Assembly (NCBI GenBank): GCA_963716175.1
Contig: OY970296.1
Coordinates: 1,696,001-1,760,000 of the forward strand
Direction of reading: 5' to 3'
DNA: 64,000 nucleotides
Origin: an uncultured Armatimonadetes bacterium
Lineage (GTDB): Bacteria > Armatimonadota > Hebobacteria > Hebobacterales > Hebobacteraceae
In this document: one piece after another, positions 9,831 through 18,885 of the stretch
How positions within the stretch are numbered: the stretch's first letter is position 1
Layout: every line of letters starts with the position of its first letter
Position numbers and translations under genes: made by a program
The notes under the pieces: model-generated
Databases searched by the model: none
Told to the model about the DNA's origin: nothing
What the model saw: only the letters and a program-made list of their open reading frames with translations

Positions 9831-9867
9831 TTCTGCTTAGCTGCGACTTCGTCGCAGCTAAGCAGAA
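9831..9867. terminator. Perfect hairpin between convergent nagA and tRNA-Thr
   Basis: ttctgcttagctgcgac-ttc-gtcgcagctaagcagaa, 17-bp perfect stem. Confidence 0.7.
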
Positions 9868-9943
9868 TGGAGCCCACATCCGGGATCGAACCGGAGACCT
9901 TATCCTTACCAAGGATACGCTCTGCCGACTGAGCTATGTGGGC
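9868..9943 (-). tRNA. tRNA-Thr(GGT)
   Basis: gcccacatagctcagtcggcagagcgtatccttGGTaaggataaggtctccggttcgatcccggatgtgggctcca; 76 nt, CCA end. Confidence 0.97.
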
Positions 9944-10036
9944 CCACCATCGAGAGGGGAAAGGTGACAGGCGACTATTCTCATCGCCTTTCACCTCTCT
10001 CCTCTCACCCCACTTCGCCGTCGCCCCGGGGGCCGA

Positions 10037-10122
10037 TGGTGGGCGGGGAAGGATTCGAACCTCCGTAGGCTTCGCCGGCAGATTTACAGTCTGCTCCCTT
10101 TGTCCAACTCGGGCACCCGCCC
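10037..10122 (-). tRNA. tRNA-Tyr(GTA)
   Basis: gggcgggtgcccgagttggacaaagggagcagactGTAaatctgccggcgaagcctacggaggttcgaatccttccccgcccacca; long variable arm. Confidence 0.97.
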
Positions 10123-10145
10123 AACCACGCGCTCTCACCGTGGCG

Positions 10146-10174
10146 ATGTTAGCATGGGAGGGGGGCCAAGTCAA
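10146..10174 (-). promoter_or_regulatory. Sigma70-type promoter for tRNA-Tyr/tRNA-Thr
   Basis: TTGACT-17 bp-TAACAT with extended TG on the minus strand. Confidence 0.65.
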
Positions 10175-10221
10175 GGTTGAGAGGTGCGGCACGAGCACCA
10201 CGGGGTTTAGGGCGATGGTTC

Positions 10222-10283
10222 TGTAGGGCGGGGTCTCCCGACCCCGCCAGGCGGCTCAACTCACAGGCTGGGAGCCTGTGCTA
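10222..10283. repeat. REP-like hairpins (tgtagggcggggtctcccgaccccgcc; cacaggctgggagcctgtgcta)
   Basis: GTAG followed by a GC-rich palindrome; a second palindrome abuts the PAP2 stop codon. Confidence 0.55.
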
Positions 10284-10739
10284 CCAGTCCCACTTCTTCA
10301 GCACGATCCCGCCGCCGGTGGCCTCGGCGTCGCCGATCCAGCATCCCAGGGCAGCGCCGCCGATCACATCATCCCAGTCGTGGGCTCCCGCTTTCACCCG
10401 CGACCAGGCGACGCGGGCAGCCAGCAGATACCAGAGCGCTTTCTGCTTCGGATAGTAGGTGCTGGTCACGCGGGCGAGGGCAAAGGCGAGAGTGGCGTGG
10501 CCGCTGGGGAAGGCGTAGCCACTGCCTACCGGCCGCGGGTCCTTGAAGGTCCGCTTCAGTGCCTCTCCGCTCACTGTGGAGACGATGGTCGCATCGAGGG
10601 CGAGCTTCCACGGTGAGGGAGCGGCCGGGGCGGCTTGCTGGCTGGGCTGGCCCGGAATCTGTGGCTGGTCCTGACAGGCTGCCTGCGCCGTGCCGATGCC
10701 CATCAGCAGCAAGAGAAGGAGTGACGGCAGGAGCTTCAC
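10281..10739 (-). CDS. PAP2 (phosphatidic acid phosphatase) family protein
   Basis: K.....RP, FPSGH and SRV..GAH...DV..G motifs; GTG start overlaps the upstream stop (GTGA). Confidence 0.88.
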   Translation of the reverse strand: MKLLPSLLLLLLMGIGTAQAACQDQPQIPGQPSQQAAPAAPSPWKLALDATIVSTVSGEALKRTFKDPRPVGSGYAFPSGHATLAFALARVTSTYYPKQKALWYLLAARVAWSRVKAGAHDWDDVIGGAALGCWIGDAEATGGGIVLKKWDW

Positions 10740-12956
10740 GGGCCATTCCTCGGGAGCGGGCGCGCGCTCGCCTGCACTTCGCCGACTTCCACCCAGCCCT
10801 GGTACTGAGATACATAGAGGGGCGCGATGGCGATGGCGATGCGATAGGCGCCGGAGCTGGCATTGCTCGGGACGATGATCTCTCCCTGCTGCTGACAGGC
10901 CGTCCCTGCCGGAGAGGGCGCGAGGCCCCACTGGCCATAGGCGACGGGGAAGGCCTGGAGCAAGCGCTCGTCTTGCCAATCCCTTCCTGTGAACTGCTCC
11001 AGATCCATTCCCGGAGGGACCAGAGCGACCGCGAACTGGGCCCGGGGCAGAGGTGTAGCGAGGCGCCAGGCGACGGTGAAGCCCACCATCTCGCCCGTGC
11101 CGGCCGCGGCGCGATTCAGATGGAACGCGACCAGGGAAATGCCCGCGGAGAACACTGCCTGCGCCGGCCCGGCCTGGCTGCGCAACATGTCGGGGGGCGC
11201 GAGTTGCAGGCGCACCAGATCCTCGCTCAGCCCCACGAAGTAGGGCGGCCCTGGAATCTGAATGTGCATGGGGCCGTGAACCGCATAGATAGCCCGACCG
11301 GGTAGACGCTTTGCCAGCAGATAGGCAAGCACCGCGGTCTGGTCGTGGATGTCCAGAGCCTGGGAGAGGGCCTGGGGCCAGAGGTCGCGCAGCGCCTGAC
11401 GCAGCGTGGGGTCCCCGATGGTGTTCAGATACCATGCTTGGGGCTGGCCGGGGGCGGGGAGGCGGACGCTGCGTACCAGGGTGACATCCCGGCGCAACCC
11501 CTCCACGTTCTGCAGATACATGGTGAAGAAGCTGGGCTGATCGAAGTCGGAGAGGAAGATAGCATTGGGGGCCATCTGCGAGAGCACCGCGGTCCAGCGA
11601 TCACGCGGCCCCCAGTCATCGCTGAGGTTCAGGCGATCCCAGTTGGCGCTCAGCAGCGTCGCGCAGAGCAGCGCGCCCAGCAGAGCCATGACATACCTGC
11701 CCTGCCTGGGCTGCGGGAGCGAGCTGCCGGCCCGCGCCAGCCCGAGTGCAAAGCAGACCGCCAGCACCGGCGCCAGGGGCTGCAGGAAGTGCTTGAGGTC
11801 GGAGGTCTCACCCCATCTCAGTACCCAGAAGGCGACCAGCAGGCAGCCGATGGCGGCCGCGGCCGCGACCAGCCGTTCCTTTCTCAGCCATGTGGCCCAG
11901 CCCCAGACGATGAGCGGAAGGCCAATCACGACCAGAACCAGGGAGAGGCCCACACTCGACGCGAGCAATTGGGGGACTAGCTTCCCCGCCTCGGTCAGCA
12001 TCTGCTCGAAGCTGTTGGCGAAGGCGAACTGGAAGTACTGCTTCGCCAGCACATGATAGAGCAACTGGTCGAGGGTGGTGGTGTCGGTCCACGTCACCGG
12101 TGGATGCTGCAAGGCCCGCCACCACAGGTAGAGGTAGAGAGAGCACGGGGCCAGGAGCAGGCCCACCGCGGCCAGGTAAGCTCGGAGGCATGTGCGCCGG
12201 ATGAGCGCGTAGCCGATCATCCCCACCGCTAGCACCCCGGCCCCCGCCATCCCCCAGTGACTCTGGCTGGAGGCGGCCAGTCCCGCCCCGACCAGCCAGG
12301 CCAGGGCCAGGTAGCGCCCTCGGCAGCGCGGTGGGGTGAGCAGGAAGGCTGCGAGAAACGCGGGCACGAGGGCGAGAAAAGCGGTGCGGTGGTGCATGGC
12401 CCCGAAGCCGCAGGCCAGGCAGAGCAAGCCCAGCGCCTGCGCGGACCTCTCCCGGTTCCATCGCCTGAAGGCCATCGAGCGCGATGGCGACAGACAGGGT
12501 GACGAGCGCGTGGACTTCGGCCCGCACCAGGTCGCTCCAGGGCACGGACCACAGCCCGAACGCGAGCCCGGCGAAGAGGGCCGGCAGGGCCGCGCCAGTG
12601 AGGTCGCTCGCAATCAGCGAGACCAGCGCGCCGGCTGCGGCGACGCCGACCGCGGACATCAGGCCCACCCGATAGGCGCTGGTGCCGCCGAGGGGCAGAT
12701 AATCGAAGAGCCGGCCGAGGAGCAGCCAGAGCGGGTAGCCGGTGGGATGGGGGATGCCCTGCACGTGGACGGCGGCGATCAGCTCGCCGCTGTCCTGATC
12801 CACCGCGGTGGGGAGCAGAGTGGCCCGGTAGATTAGCAGCAGGCCCAGGAAGACGGCCGAGGGCACGGCTCGGGCCAACCACCTGGGGAGTGGCGGCCGC
12901 GGTGGGGGTTGGGGTTGAGGGGGCCGGGCCTTGCCAGTTCGGCGCGACTTGCGCAT
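10736..12956 (-). pseudogene. DUF2723/TMEM260-like membrane glycosyltransferase split by a frameshift near 12477 (pseudogene or sequencing error)
   Basis: N-terminal DSGEL...GIPHPTGYPL and AEVHAL lie in ORF 11808-12956; the rest (HHRT, YLYL..RA, YLQNVEG.R.DV) lies in ORF 10736-12613. Confidence 0.8.
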
Positions 12957-13031
12957 GGCCAGAAGGTTCGGGAGGCCGGGCTCGCCGTCCTCCCTCAGGA
13001 GGGACAGATGGAGCCGGCGGCAGGAATCGCT

Positions 13032-13459
13032 TGTCCCGAGCGAGCGACGGGCTCATCGGGAGCGAGCCGAGGGAAACCCGCGAACAAGCTGTTCCTTCTT
13101 CGCCGCGCTCCAGTTCTTCACCTGGATCTCGCGGCGCCTGGCGGACGACTTGGTGGGGTGTGTCTCAGTGTAGACAAGTGCGACAGGTCGCCGCCGAGCA
13201 GTGTAGTCCGCCCCCAGACCTGCGTTGTGCACCCGGACGCGCTCTTCGGCGTCGAGGGCGATGCCGCAGTAGAGAGACCTATCAGAGCAGCGGACGAGGT
13301 AGAACGTCCACAGGCGAGTATCTGGCATGGGTGGCCCCTCGACCCTGCTCGGGGTCGCCGAAGCGGCTGGCCCTCGACTCACTCGCTTGGCTCGTTGGCT
13401 CGGGGTCGCGGGAGGAGTGGCCCCTCGACTCGCTCCCTTCGATCGCTCGCTCGGGGTCA
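13032..13459. repeat. Four REP-like palindromes (ccctcg(a/g)c...gctcggg) flanking the GIY-YIG gene: 13334-13357, 13369-13407, 13419-13458, and an inverted copy at 13032-13074
   Basis: ggcccctcgaccctgctcggggtc; ggccctcgactcactcgcttggctcgttggctcggggtc; ggcccctcgactcgctcccttcgatcgctcgctcggggtc; reverse complement tccctcggctcgctcccgatgagcccgtcgctcgctcgggaca. Confidence 0.8.
13053..13328 (-). CDS. GIY-YIG nuclease family protein (UPF0213/YhbQ-like)
   Basis: TFYLVRCSDRSLYCG...ERVRVHNAG.GA.YT..RRPV.LVY.E....S.A..RE..VK.W....KE.L. Confidence 0.92.
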   Translation of the reverse strand: MPDTRLWTFYLVRCSDRSLYCGIALDAEERVRVHNAGLGADYTARRRPVALVYTETHPTKSSARRREIQVKNWSAAKKEQLVRGFPSARSR

Positions 13460-13494
13460 CCGTTCTCATGTGCCTATGGGCACATGAGAACGGT
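13459..13494 (-). terminator. Hairpin immediately 3' of tRNA-Thr(TGT)
   Basis: accgttctcatgtgcc-tatg-ggcacatgagaacggt, 16-bp perfect stem. Confidence 0.65.
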
Positions 13495-13569
13495 GGAGCC
13501 GGCGGCAGGAATCGAACCCGCGACCAGCTGATTACAAATCAGCCGCTCTGCCAACTGAGCTACGCCGGC
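13494..13569 (-). tRNA. tRNA-Thr(TGT)
   Basis: gccggcgtagctcagttggcagagcggctgattTGTaatcagctggtcgcgggttcgattcctgccgccggctcca; 76 nt. Confidence 0.97.
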
Positions 13570-13729
13570 ATCTGGCTAAACGCTAGAATCGCCTGAAAGG
13601 CATCCAAGACGCTCTGAACAGCCTTTCGGCTTTCGTACTTCTGTGCGCTCGCGCTCGCATTGCCCGACAATCAGTAGTACGCTTTTCGTAGGCTTTCGCG
13701 GGCAGCACCCGCCACTCGGTCCGGTTCCG

Positions 13730-13758
13730 ATTCTAGCAGAAGACCTACACCTTGTCAC
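13730..13758 (-). promoter_or_regulatory. Element-borne promoter pointing at the intact tRNA-Thr(TGT)
   Basis: GTGACA-17 bp-TAGAAT with extended TG on the minus strand. Confidence 0.5.
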
Positions 13759-13790
13759 GCCCGGATCCGCCGTGGTGGGCACCTGCGCTG

Positions 13791-15017
13791 TCACTTCCGG
13801 CTGAACAGCTTCCGCGCGATCTCCGAGAGACTCGCGCCGTCTTCTGCCAGGGCGTCCTCGACATCCGCGCGACTGGGTGGACGCTGGCCTGTAGGGCGCG
13901 GGAACCGGACGCCCGCGGCGATGTCTGCCCGTGCGAATTGCCGGCGGCGCTCTTCATCGCTGACCACGGCATAGCGCGCCGTCATCAAGGGAGAGGTATG
14001 CCCCATCGCCTCCATGAGTGCGGTCTGATCTACACCGGCCGCCGCAGCACTCAGACCGAAGTGGTGTCGTAGCCGGTGCGGCATGACCAGCTTCGGGTCA
14101 AGGCCTGCGCGCTCCGCCGCACGCCTAAGCATTAGGCGGATTGCATCTACGGTCATGCGCTGCCCCGCCTCCCTTATGCCTCCTGCCGTTTCTCCCTCGG
14201 GGCCGGTCGCGGTACGGCCCGGCTCGAGCGTTACGAATAACGGATCCTTGTCCTCTAAGTGGGGGAAGGCACGGGCGCGAACGGCCAGCCAGGCGGTCAG
14301 TGCTTCCGCTACCTCCGGCCGCGTCATCACCGTACCGTCGCGGATCACCGACGGCAGATCCACGCTCCGCACGCGTCGGCCTCGGCCTATCTCTGACCGG
14401 ACCGTGACCCGGCCCTCTCTCGGATTTAGATCGCCGGCATTCAGACCACAGACCTCCGACACCCGCAGGCCGCAGAGCGCCATCAGGTGTATCATCGCGG
14501 TATTGCGTACGCCCGTGGCCGTGCGCGGGGTGAATGCCGAGAGTAGTACCTCCAGATCATCTGACCGAGTGGCCCGCGGTGCCTGCACTGGGTCCAGCCG
14601 GTAACCCTTCACATACCGGCCGATATCCTCGGCCAGCAGTCCTTGCTGATGCGCCCATCGCAGCAGCATCTTCGCCGAGTTGAGCGCCATCTGTTTGCCG
14701 CGCTGGCTGATCGGGCCCCGCCGCGTCTGATACTCATCGAGCCAGGTGATGAACGCGCGCAGGTGCTCACGGGTGAACCGGTCAACCGTAGCGATCCCCC
14801 GCTCCGCGGCAAAGGCGGCCAGCCGTGTCTCGAGTTGTTCGCGATAGTGGTCCAGCGTGGCCGGCCGGAGGTCGGGATGGTCGGCAGTCCACCTTCGCAG
14901 GAAGAGATCGATCGCAGCCTGCCAACCGAGGTGAGGCACGACCGTCCTGCCGCCGGCCGCCGAGCCGCCGTCTGCCGAGGTGCCCCTGCCCTTACCGGGT
15001 CTGTACTCAGTGCCCAT
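13791..15017 (-). CDS. Tyrosine recombinase/integrase
   Basis: N-terminal SAM-like core-binding region; GLRVSE, HRLRH, MGH and TARY catalytic motifs. Confidence 0.92.
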   Translation of the reverse strand: MGTEYRPGKGRGTSADGGSAAGGRTVVPHLGWQAAIDLFLRRWTADHPDLRPATLDHYREQLETRLAAFAAERGIATVDRFTREHLRAFITWLDEYQTRRGPISQRGKQMALNSAKMLLRWAHQQGLLAEDIGRYVKGYRLDPVQAPRATRSDDLEVLLSAFTPRTATGVRNTAMIHLMALCGLRVSEVCGLNAGDLNPREGRVTVRSEIGRGRRVRSVDLPSVIRDGTVMTRPEVAEALTAWLAVRARAFPHLEDKDPLFVTLEPGRTATGPEGETAGGIREAGQRMTVDAIRLMLRRAAERAGLDPKLVMPHRLRHHFGLSAAAAGVDQTALMEAMGHTSPLMTARYAVVSDEERRRQFARADIAAGVRFPRPTGQRPPSRADVEDALAEDGASLSEIARKLFSRK

Positions 15018-15261
15018 CGCCAGTGCCCTACGGGATCAGTAGTACGTCGAAATCAGTAGTACGATGGTAGCGACGGTCTGTCGTCACGTCAAGTGGTTGG
15101 CTGCGGCCCCGTTGCGGCCCGACGCTGAGGGAATAGTGACCGAAGGCACCGGTTCGCCTTCGGCAGGGGCCCGGTACCAGTGCGGTCCTCAGGCGATGGG
15201 GTCAAAATCCAGCAAGCTGTGCGGGGCATGTAGGCCGGCGTTGACAGAGATAGACCTCAGT

Positions 15262-15299
15262 TTACAAATCAGCCGCTCTGCCAACTGAGCTACGCCGGC
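15262..15299 (-). pseudogene. tRNA-Thr(TGT) 5' half fragment (att site)
   Basis: Exact tRNA positions 1-38 ending in the anticodon loop; preceded by a CTGACA-17-TAGAAT promoter (15312-15340). Confidence 0.85.
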
Positions 15300-15335
15300 G
15301 CAATCTCACGATTCTAGCATCTACGGGCGTGGCTG

Positions 15336-15962
15336 TCAGCCCGTGCGCACGGGTTCCGGCGGTCGGCGTCGCCAGGAAGACAGGCGATTCCAGATCCACC
15401 GCCAAGGCCTGCAGCAGAGGTGCCAGAACCTTGTTGCAGGTGAGCGCTCGGCGCTCACCGCATCCAGGTTCTTCACCAGCTCCTCGGTGCTGTCAACGGC
15501 TCCTGCCGCGTACTTCACAGCATCGGCAAGGCCGCCTGTGATCGCGGTGTCGGCAACGGATCTCACACTCGCACTAGGTGCTGAAGATCGGGCCACGCAG
15601 TGTTGGTTGACCAGGCGCAGTTTGTCCAATAGCACCTTGAGCCGCATGTAGCAGATGGCAGTCTTAATGGCGAGTTCTCTCGGCAGCAGCAATAAGCGTT
15701 GTCCCGCGCCGTCGAATAGAGGGAAGTAGTTCTCCTCCGAAGACCACCGAATATCGTTCGGAAGCGCCTTCCCCTGCACCGGCTTCACTTCGTCCCAGCG
15801 CGTCAGCAACGCCCGAAGCTCGGCCGCCAAAGCGCCTGCAAGCAGTGTTTTCTCATACTGCCGTTGCCGGTTCGCGCGAATCCAGGCGAGGAATTCAGAT
15901 ATGCCAATGCCGACGAGTACTGCGCCAGCCCCTATCAGGCTGCCTTTGATCGTGGAATCCAT
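15336..15962 (-). CDS. Hypothetical protein with N-terminal TM helix
   Basis: RBS ggagggg before [20 protein letters not shown]; helical, lower-GC island gene. Confidence 0.6.
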   Translation of the reverse strand: MDSTIKGSLIGAGAVLVGIGISEFLAWIRANRQRQYEKTLLAGALAAELRALLTRWDEVKPVQGKALPNDIRWSSEENYFPLFDGAGQRLLLLPRELAIKTAICYMRLKVLLDKLRLVNQHCVARSSAPSASVRSVADTAITGGLADAVKYAAGAVDSTEELVKNLDAVSAERSPATRFWHLCCRPWRWIWNRLSSWRRRPPEPVRTG

Positions 15963-16065
15963 CGAGAAACCCCTCCGCTCCTGGACAGGATAGCACGCAA
16001 GGACACCTCGGTCCATCATCCACAGGCTTCATGCCCGGTCGGTATTGCAGAGCGAGCAGCCCCGG

Positions 16066-16585
16066 TCAGCGGAGGAGCGGAGCGGGCTCAGTTGGGCGCA
16101 ACCCGTGCAGGCTGACCCCCTTCCCAATATCCGCCCTCGCGAACGCCCACCTCCTCTCGGCGTCGGCGGACTCCGAGTAGCGGGCGGTCATGATTGGACT
16201 GCGATGGCCCATGGCGCGGATCAGGGCCGTGGTGGGCACTCCGGCCATCGCCGAGGTCAGACCGAAGTAGTGGCGCAGCCGGTGCGGGGTGGCCAGCCTC
16301 GGGTCTACGCCGGCCTTCTCCGCGATGCGCTTGAGAATGGTGCGCACCGCATCCGTGGTCAGCCGCTCGCCAGGCGGCCGCGCACCCGGATGGGCCTTCC
16401 CCGTGTCCCGATAGGTGCAGAGCTGCTGGCCAGAGCCCAGGGTGATGAAGAGAGGATCTTCCTCGCTCAGGCGAGGGCACACCCCGGAGCGCAGCCGCAG
16501 CCAGGACGCCATTAACCCGGCTACCTCCGGCTTCACCCTCTCCTCTCCGTCCACGATCGTCAGTGGCAGGTCGACAGAGCGGGTG
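16066..16585 (-). pseudogene. Truncated tyrosine integrase (C-terminal half), paralog of 13791-15017
   Basis: RSVDLP...PEVA...DPLFITL...PHRLRH.FGL.AMAGV..TAL..AMGH.SP.MTARY...RR..FARADI aligns with the intact integrase; N-terminal half missing. Confidence 0.85.
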
Positions 16586-16834
16586 CGCCGAGCGACGCTG
16601 GCAGAAGGGGAAGCGACGGGACACGCCCATGTCGCCGAGAGCGACGCTCCGTTCGATGTGTTCGCGTTCCGACGTGGCGATCGGGTGGTGACGCTGTACT
16701 TGCGGGCAGCCCAGGCCGTGCGCGTTCTGCACGAAGAGCACCGCCTGGTCACACTGCAGCCAGGACTGTACGAGATCGCCCGTGTCCTTGAGCGTGACTG
16801 GCTGACCGGAGTCACGCGAGAGGTTGTGGACTGA
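16586..16834 (+). pseudogene. 5'-truncated fragment of the phage/MGE-type 'LAEGEATGHAH...HEEH...L.PG.Y' protein family
   Basis: TLAEGEATGHAH, VLHEEHRLVTLQPGLYEI...RE.VD*; no plausible start after the integrase junction. Confidence 0.6.
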
Positions 16835-17229
16835 GGGGCGGCTGCCAAGCATCGGGAAGGAGCGAAGGATGGCGAAGGCACTGTGGGCGCCGACGGTAAC
16901 GAAGGGAATGCCCGAAGCGTGAGAGACGTCCAACTAGACGACTGGGTGCGTAGTGCCGGCAATCCTCTCGTCCTGTCAGGTACAAGCCGTTGCAGCCCCG
17001 GGGGTTGTCCCCCCGAAAAACGTCATCCTCGAGACAACCATCGAGCAGCCACGGGACATCTGGGGCTTTTGGGGATTCGGACCTGTTGTAGAGGTCCCTA
17101 TAGGACGGCGCGTCAACAGCCCCCCCTGCAGTTTCCCGACGACCATCCTCTGGTCTCTAATGAGACATGTCCCTATCGGCGCTCGCGTCGCGCAATCTAT
17201 CGTCGGTTTCGGGGGGCCTGTCCTGTCCG

Positions 17230-17464
17230 GAAACTCATCTGGCTCTCAGCGCCTCTGCAGAGCCCACAGTGTGGTTGCCTATCCCCCCGATACCCCTGTG
17301 CTGAGAGGCACCAAGGATGACCGAGCGATACCGGGTGAGGTCGTGGCGGGGCGGGGCTGCCGGTGAGCGCTACCGTGGCGCGGCTGCTGTCCCATCCGCT
17401 ACGGAGTCCGGACCGTGAGACCCCACGCCGAGGAGGTAGCCGGAGTCGGGGGTGGCCGGGGGCG
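17230..17464. repeat. Island repeat family, copy A (full, ~235 bp)
   Basis: gaaactcatct...gccgaggaggtagccggagtcgggggtggccgggggc; aligns with 26224-26457, 27284-27416, 28335-28375 and 29478-30845. Confidence 0.8.
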
Positions 17465-17566
17465 GCTTCACGGGCGGTTGACAGGGATACACAGTCCGAC
17501 CCCCTCTGGCGCGGCGAACAGCCGGCCGGCCCGGCACCAATCCCATTTGGACGCGGGCGCTGGCCC

Positions 17567-18199
17567 TTACCAGGCACGCACGTTCCAGCTCAGGACCGCG
17601 TAGCCGTAGGTATGGTGCGGAGAGCTATTGGAGACGTAGATCGCCGGGTTCAGCTGGAGCGTCGGTGTGAAATTGTAGATCAGCCCCGCCGTCGCGAAGT
17701 TGTCGCTTCCCGCCTGATAATCCACCGCCACCTGTAGCTGGCGGTTCACAGCATGGGCCCAGCCCAGCAGCGAAGAAAGCTGATAGCCCTGCCGGATCAC
17801 TCCCGCAATGAGGTAGTCGCGTCCACTGACCCATCCGGCCTCCAGGAATGGCTGAAAACCCTGGCCCGGGCCTGGCGCGTAGAGGCCGGTCGAGAACAGT
17901 AAGTGCGGGCGCTGCACCAGACCATACTCCACGCCGCCTATGAACTGCCCAGGCGAGAGGCCCCGGGACAGTGCCACCTCGAGCTTCCGCGTGAGGCCTA
18001 CCTCGAACTGCAATTGCTTGCTGTTCCCGATGGCGGGATGCTCGCCTTGGAAGCTGATCGACAGCACCCCCTCCGGCTGAGTGTCTGGGGTGATGATCTG
18101 GTTCAGACCCTTGGTGGTTGCCCCCGCGGGAGAACCGGCTGCGACCGAAAGGGCCAGTCCGGCTAGCGCGCTGAAACCAGCCAGGCGCAGAGTTGTCAT
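17567..18199 (-). CDS. Secreted, probable outer-membrane beta-barrel hypothetical protein
   Basis: Signal peptide (AxA); GLNQIITPDT motif; alternating beta-strand pattern; C-terminal Trp. Confidence 0.65.
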   Translation of the reverse strand: MTTLRLAGFSALAGLALSVAAGSPAGATTKGLNQIITPDTQPEGVLSISFQGEHPAIGNSKQLQFEVGLTRKLEVALSRGLSPGQFIGGVEYGLVQRPHLLFSTGLYAPGPGQGFQPFLEAGWVSGRDYLIAGVIRQGYQLSSLLGWAHAVNRQLQVAVDYQAGSDNFATAGLIYNFTPTLQLNPAIYVSNSSPHHTYGYAVLSWNVRAW

Positions 18200-18885
18200 C
18201 TCGGTGGGCCTCTCTGCAACCCGCCGGGTTACCTACCGGCAGGTAGCCACCGGACCAGCGATTGCCTTAGTCGGGATTCCCCCATCAAGCCGCTTGTCCC
18301 TCCTTGGGGCGGCTACCCCTCTGTTGCCGGGCTGATCTGCTGCCTCGGGCGCGACAGGGCCTCGAGATCCTCCCCAATCGATGCGTTTTCCGCGTTTCGC
18401 GCGGTCTGTCACACTGCCATCCACAACGTGATGCCACTGGTCTGGGCACTCGAACTGGTGTCTTAAGCCCACTTGACACCCGCAGAGCGGTCGGCGCGAT
18501 GGAAGGTGCCTTTGCCCAACACGGTGCCCCCCGTCCCCTCCTTCATGACGGCTCGACGAGCGATCCCCCGCTGCCATCTCCAGGACCTGATTCGCCGCAG
18601 ACTACCATAGGCTAGGTCGAGCCCGACGGGCGTCAGACTCTCTGGAGAGCTTGGTGTCCTCGCCTCAGATCGTGGTGGAGACGTGCCAGCCGAGCAAGAG
18701 GCGTTCTGACCTTTGCGGAAGAGAGTGAGACGTGTTAGTATCACGCCGCACTCAACCCGACCGAAGCCATCAGAAGTGCCTGATCGCAAGCAGTTGAGTG
18801 AGACCGTCGGGATCCCCCGCGTGTCCCATTCGTGCCGATGCGTCGCGCCACTTTGGGCCCCGCGCAGGTTCCCAGGAGGTCTGGC

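Larger units (their letters stand above)
13009..13514. mobile_element. 485-bp mini-island at the tRNA-Thr(TGT) 3' end, bounded by 21-bp direct repeats
   Basis: tggagccggcggcaggaatcg at 13009-13029 and 13494-13514; contains a GIY-YIG gene and 4 REP-like palindromes. Confidence 0.7.
13670..15063. repeat. 12-bp repeats atcagtagtacg at 13670-13681, 15035-15046 and 15052-15063 (putative integrase arm-type sites)
   Basis: Three exact copies on both sides of the integrase gene; a partial inverted copy (cgtacttctg) near 13634. Confidence 0.7.
13532..15299. mobile_element. Minimal integrative element (integrase only) at the tRNA-Thr(TGT) anticodon loop, with duplicated tRNA 5' half
   Basis: 38-bp direct repeat ttacaaatcagccgctctgccaactgagctacgccggc at 13532-13569 and 15262-15299; tyrosine recombinase inside. 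Confidence 0.85.

Noticed and set aside
9951-10020. Purine/pyrimidine 7-mer runs between the two tRNAs
   Set aside because: Short low-complexity spacer with weak pairing; no further support for a distinct element
13334-13459. Possible mini-CRISPR array
   Set aside because: Repeats vary internally, spacers are only ~11 bp and no cas genes are present; treated as REP-like palindromes
16953-17366. 137-aa ORF
   Set aside because: No RBS or motifs and it runs into non-coding repeat copy A
18200-18880. Several overlapping ORFs in this gap and in 22490-23190
   Set aside because: No consistent codon bias, RBS or motifs; likely decayed or non-coding DNA
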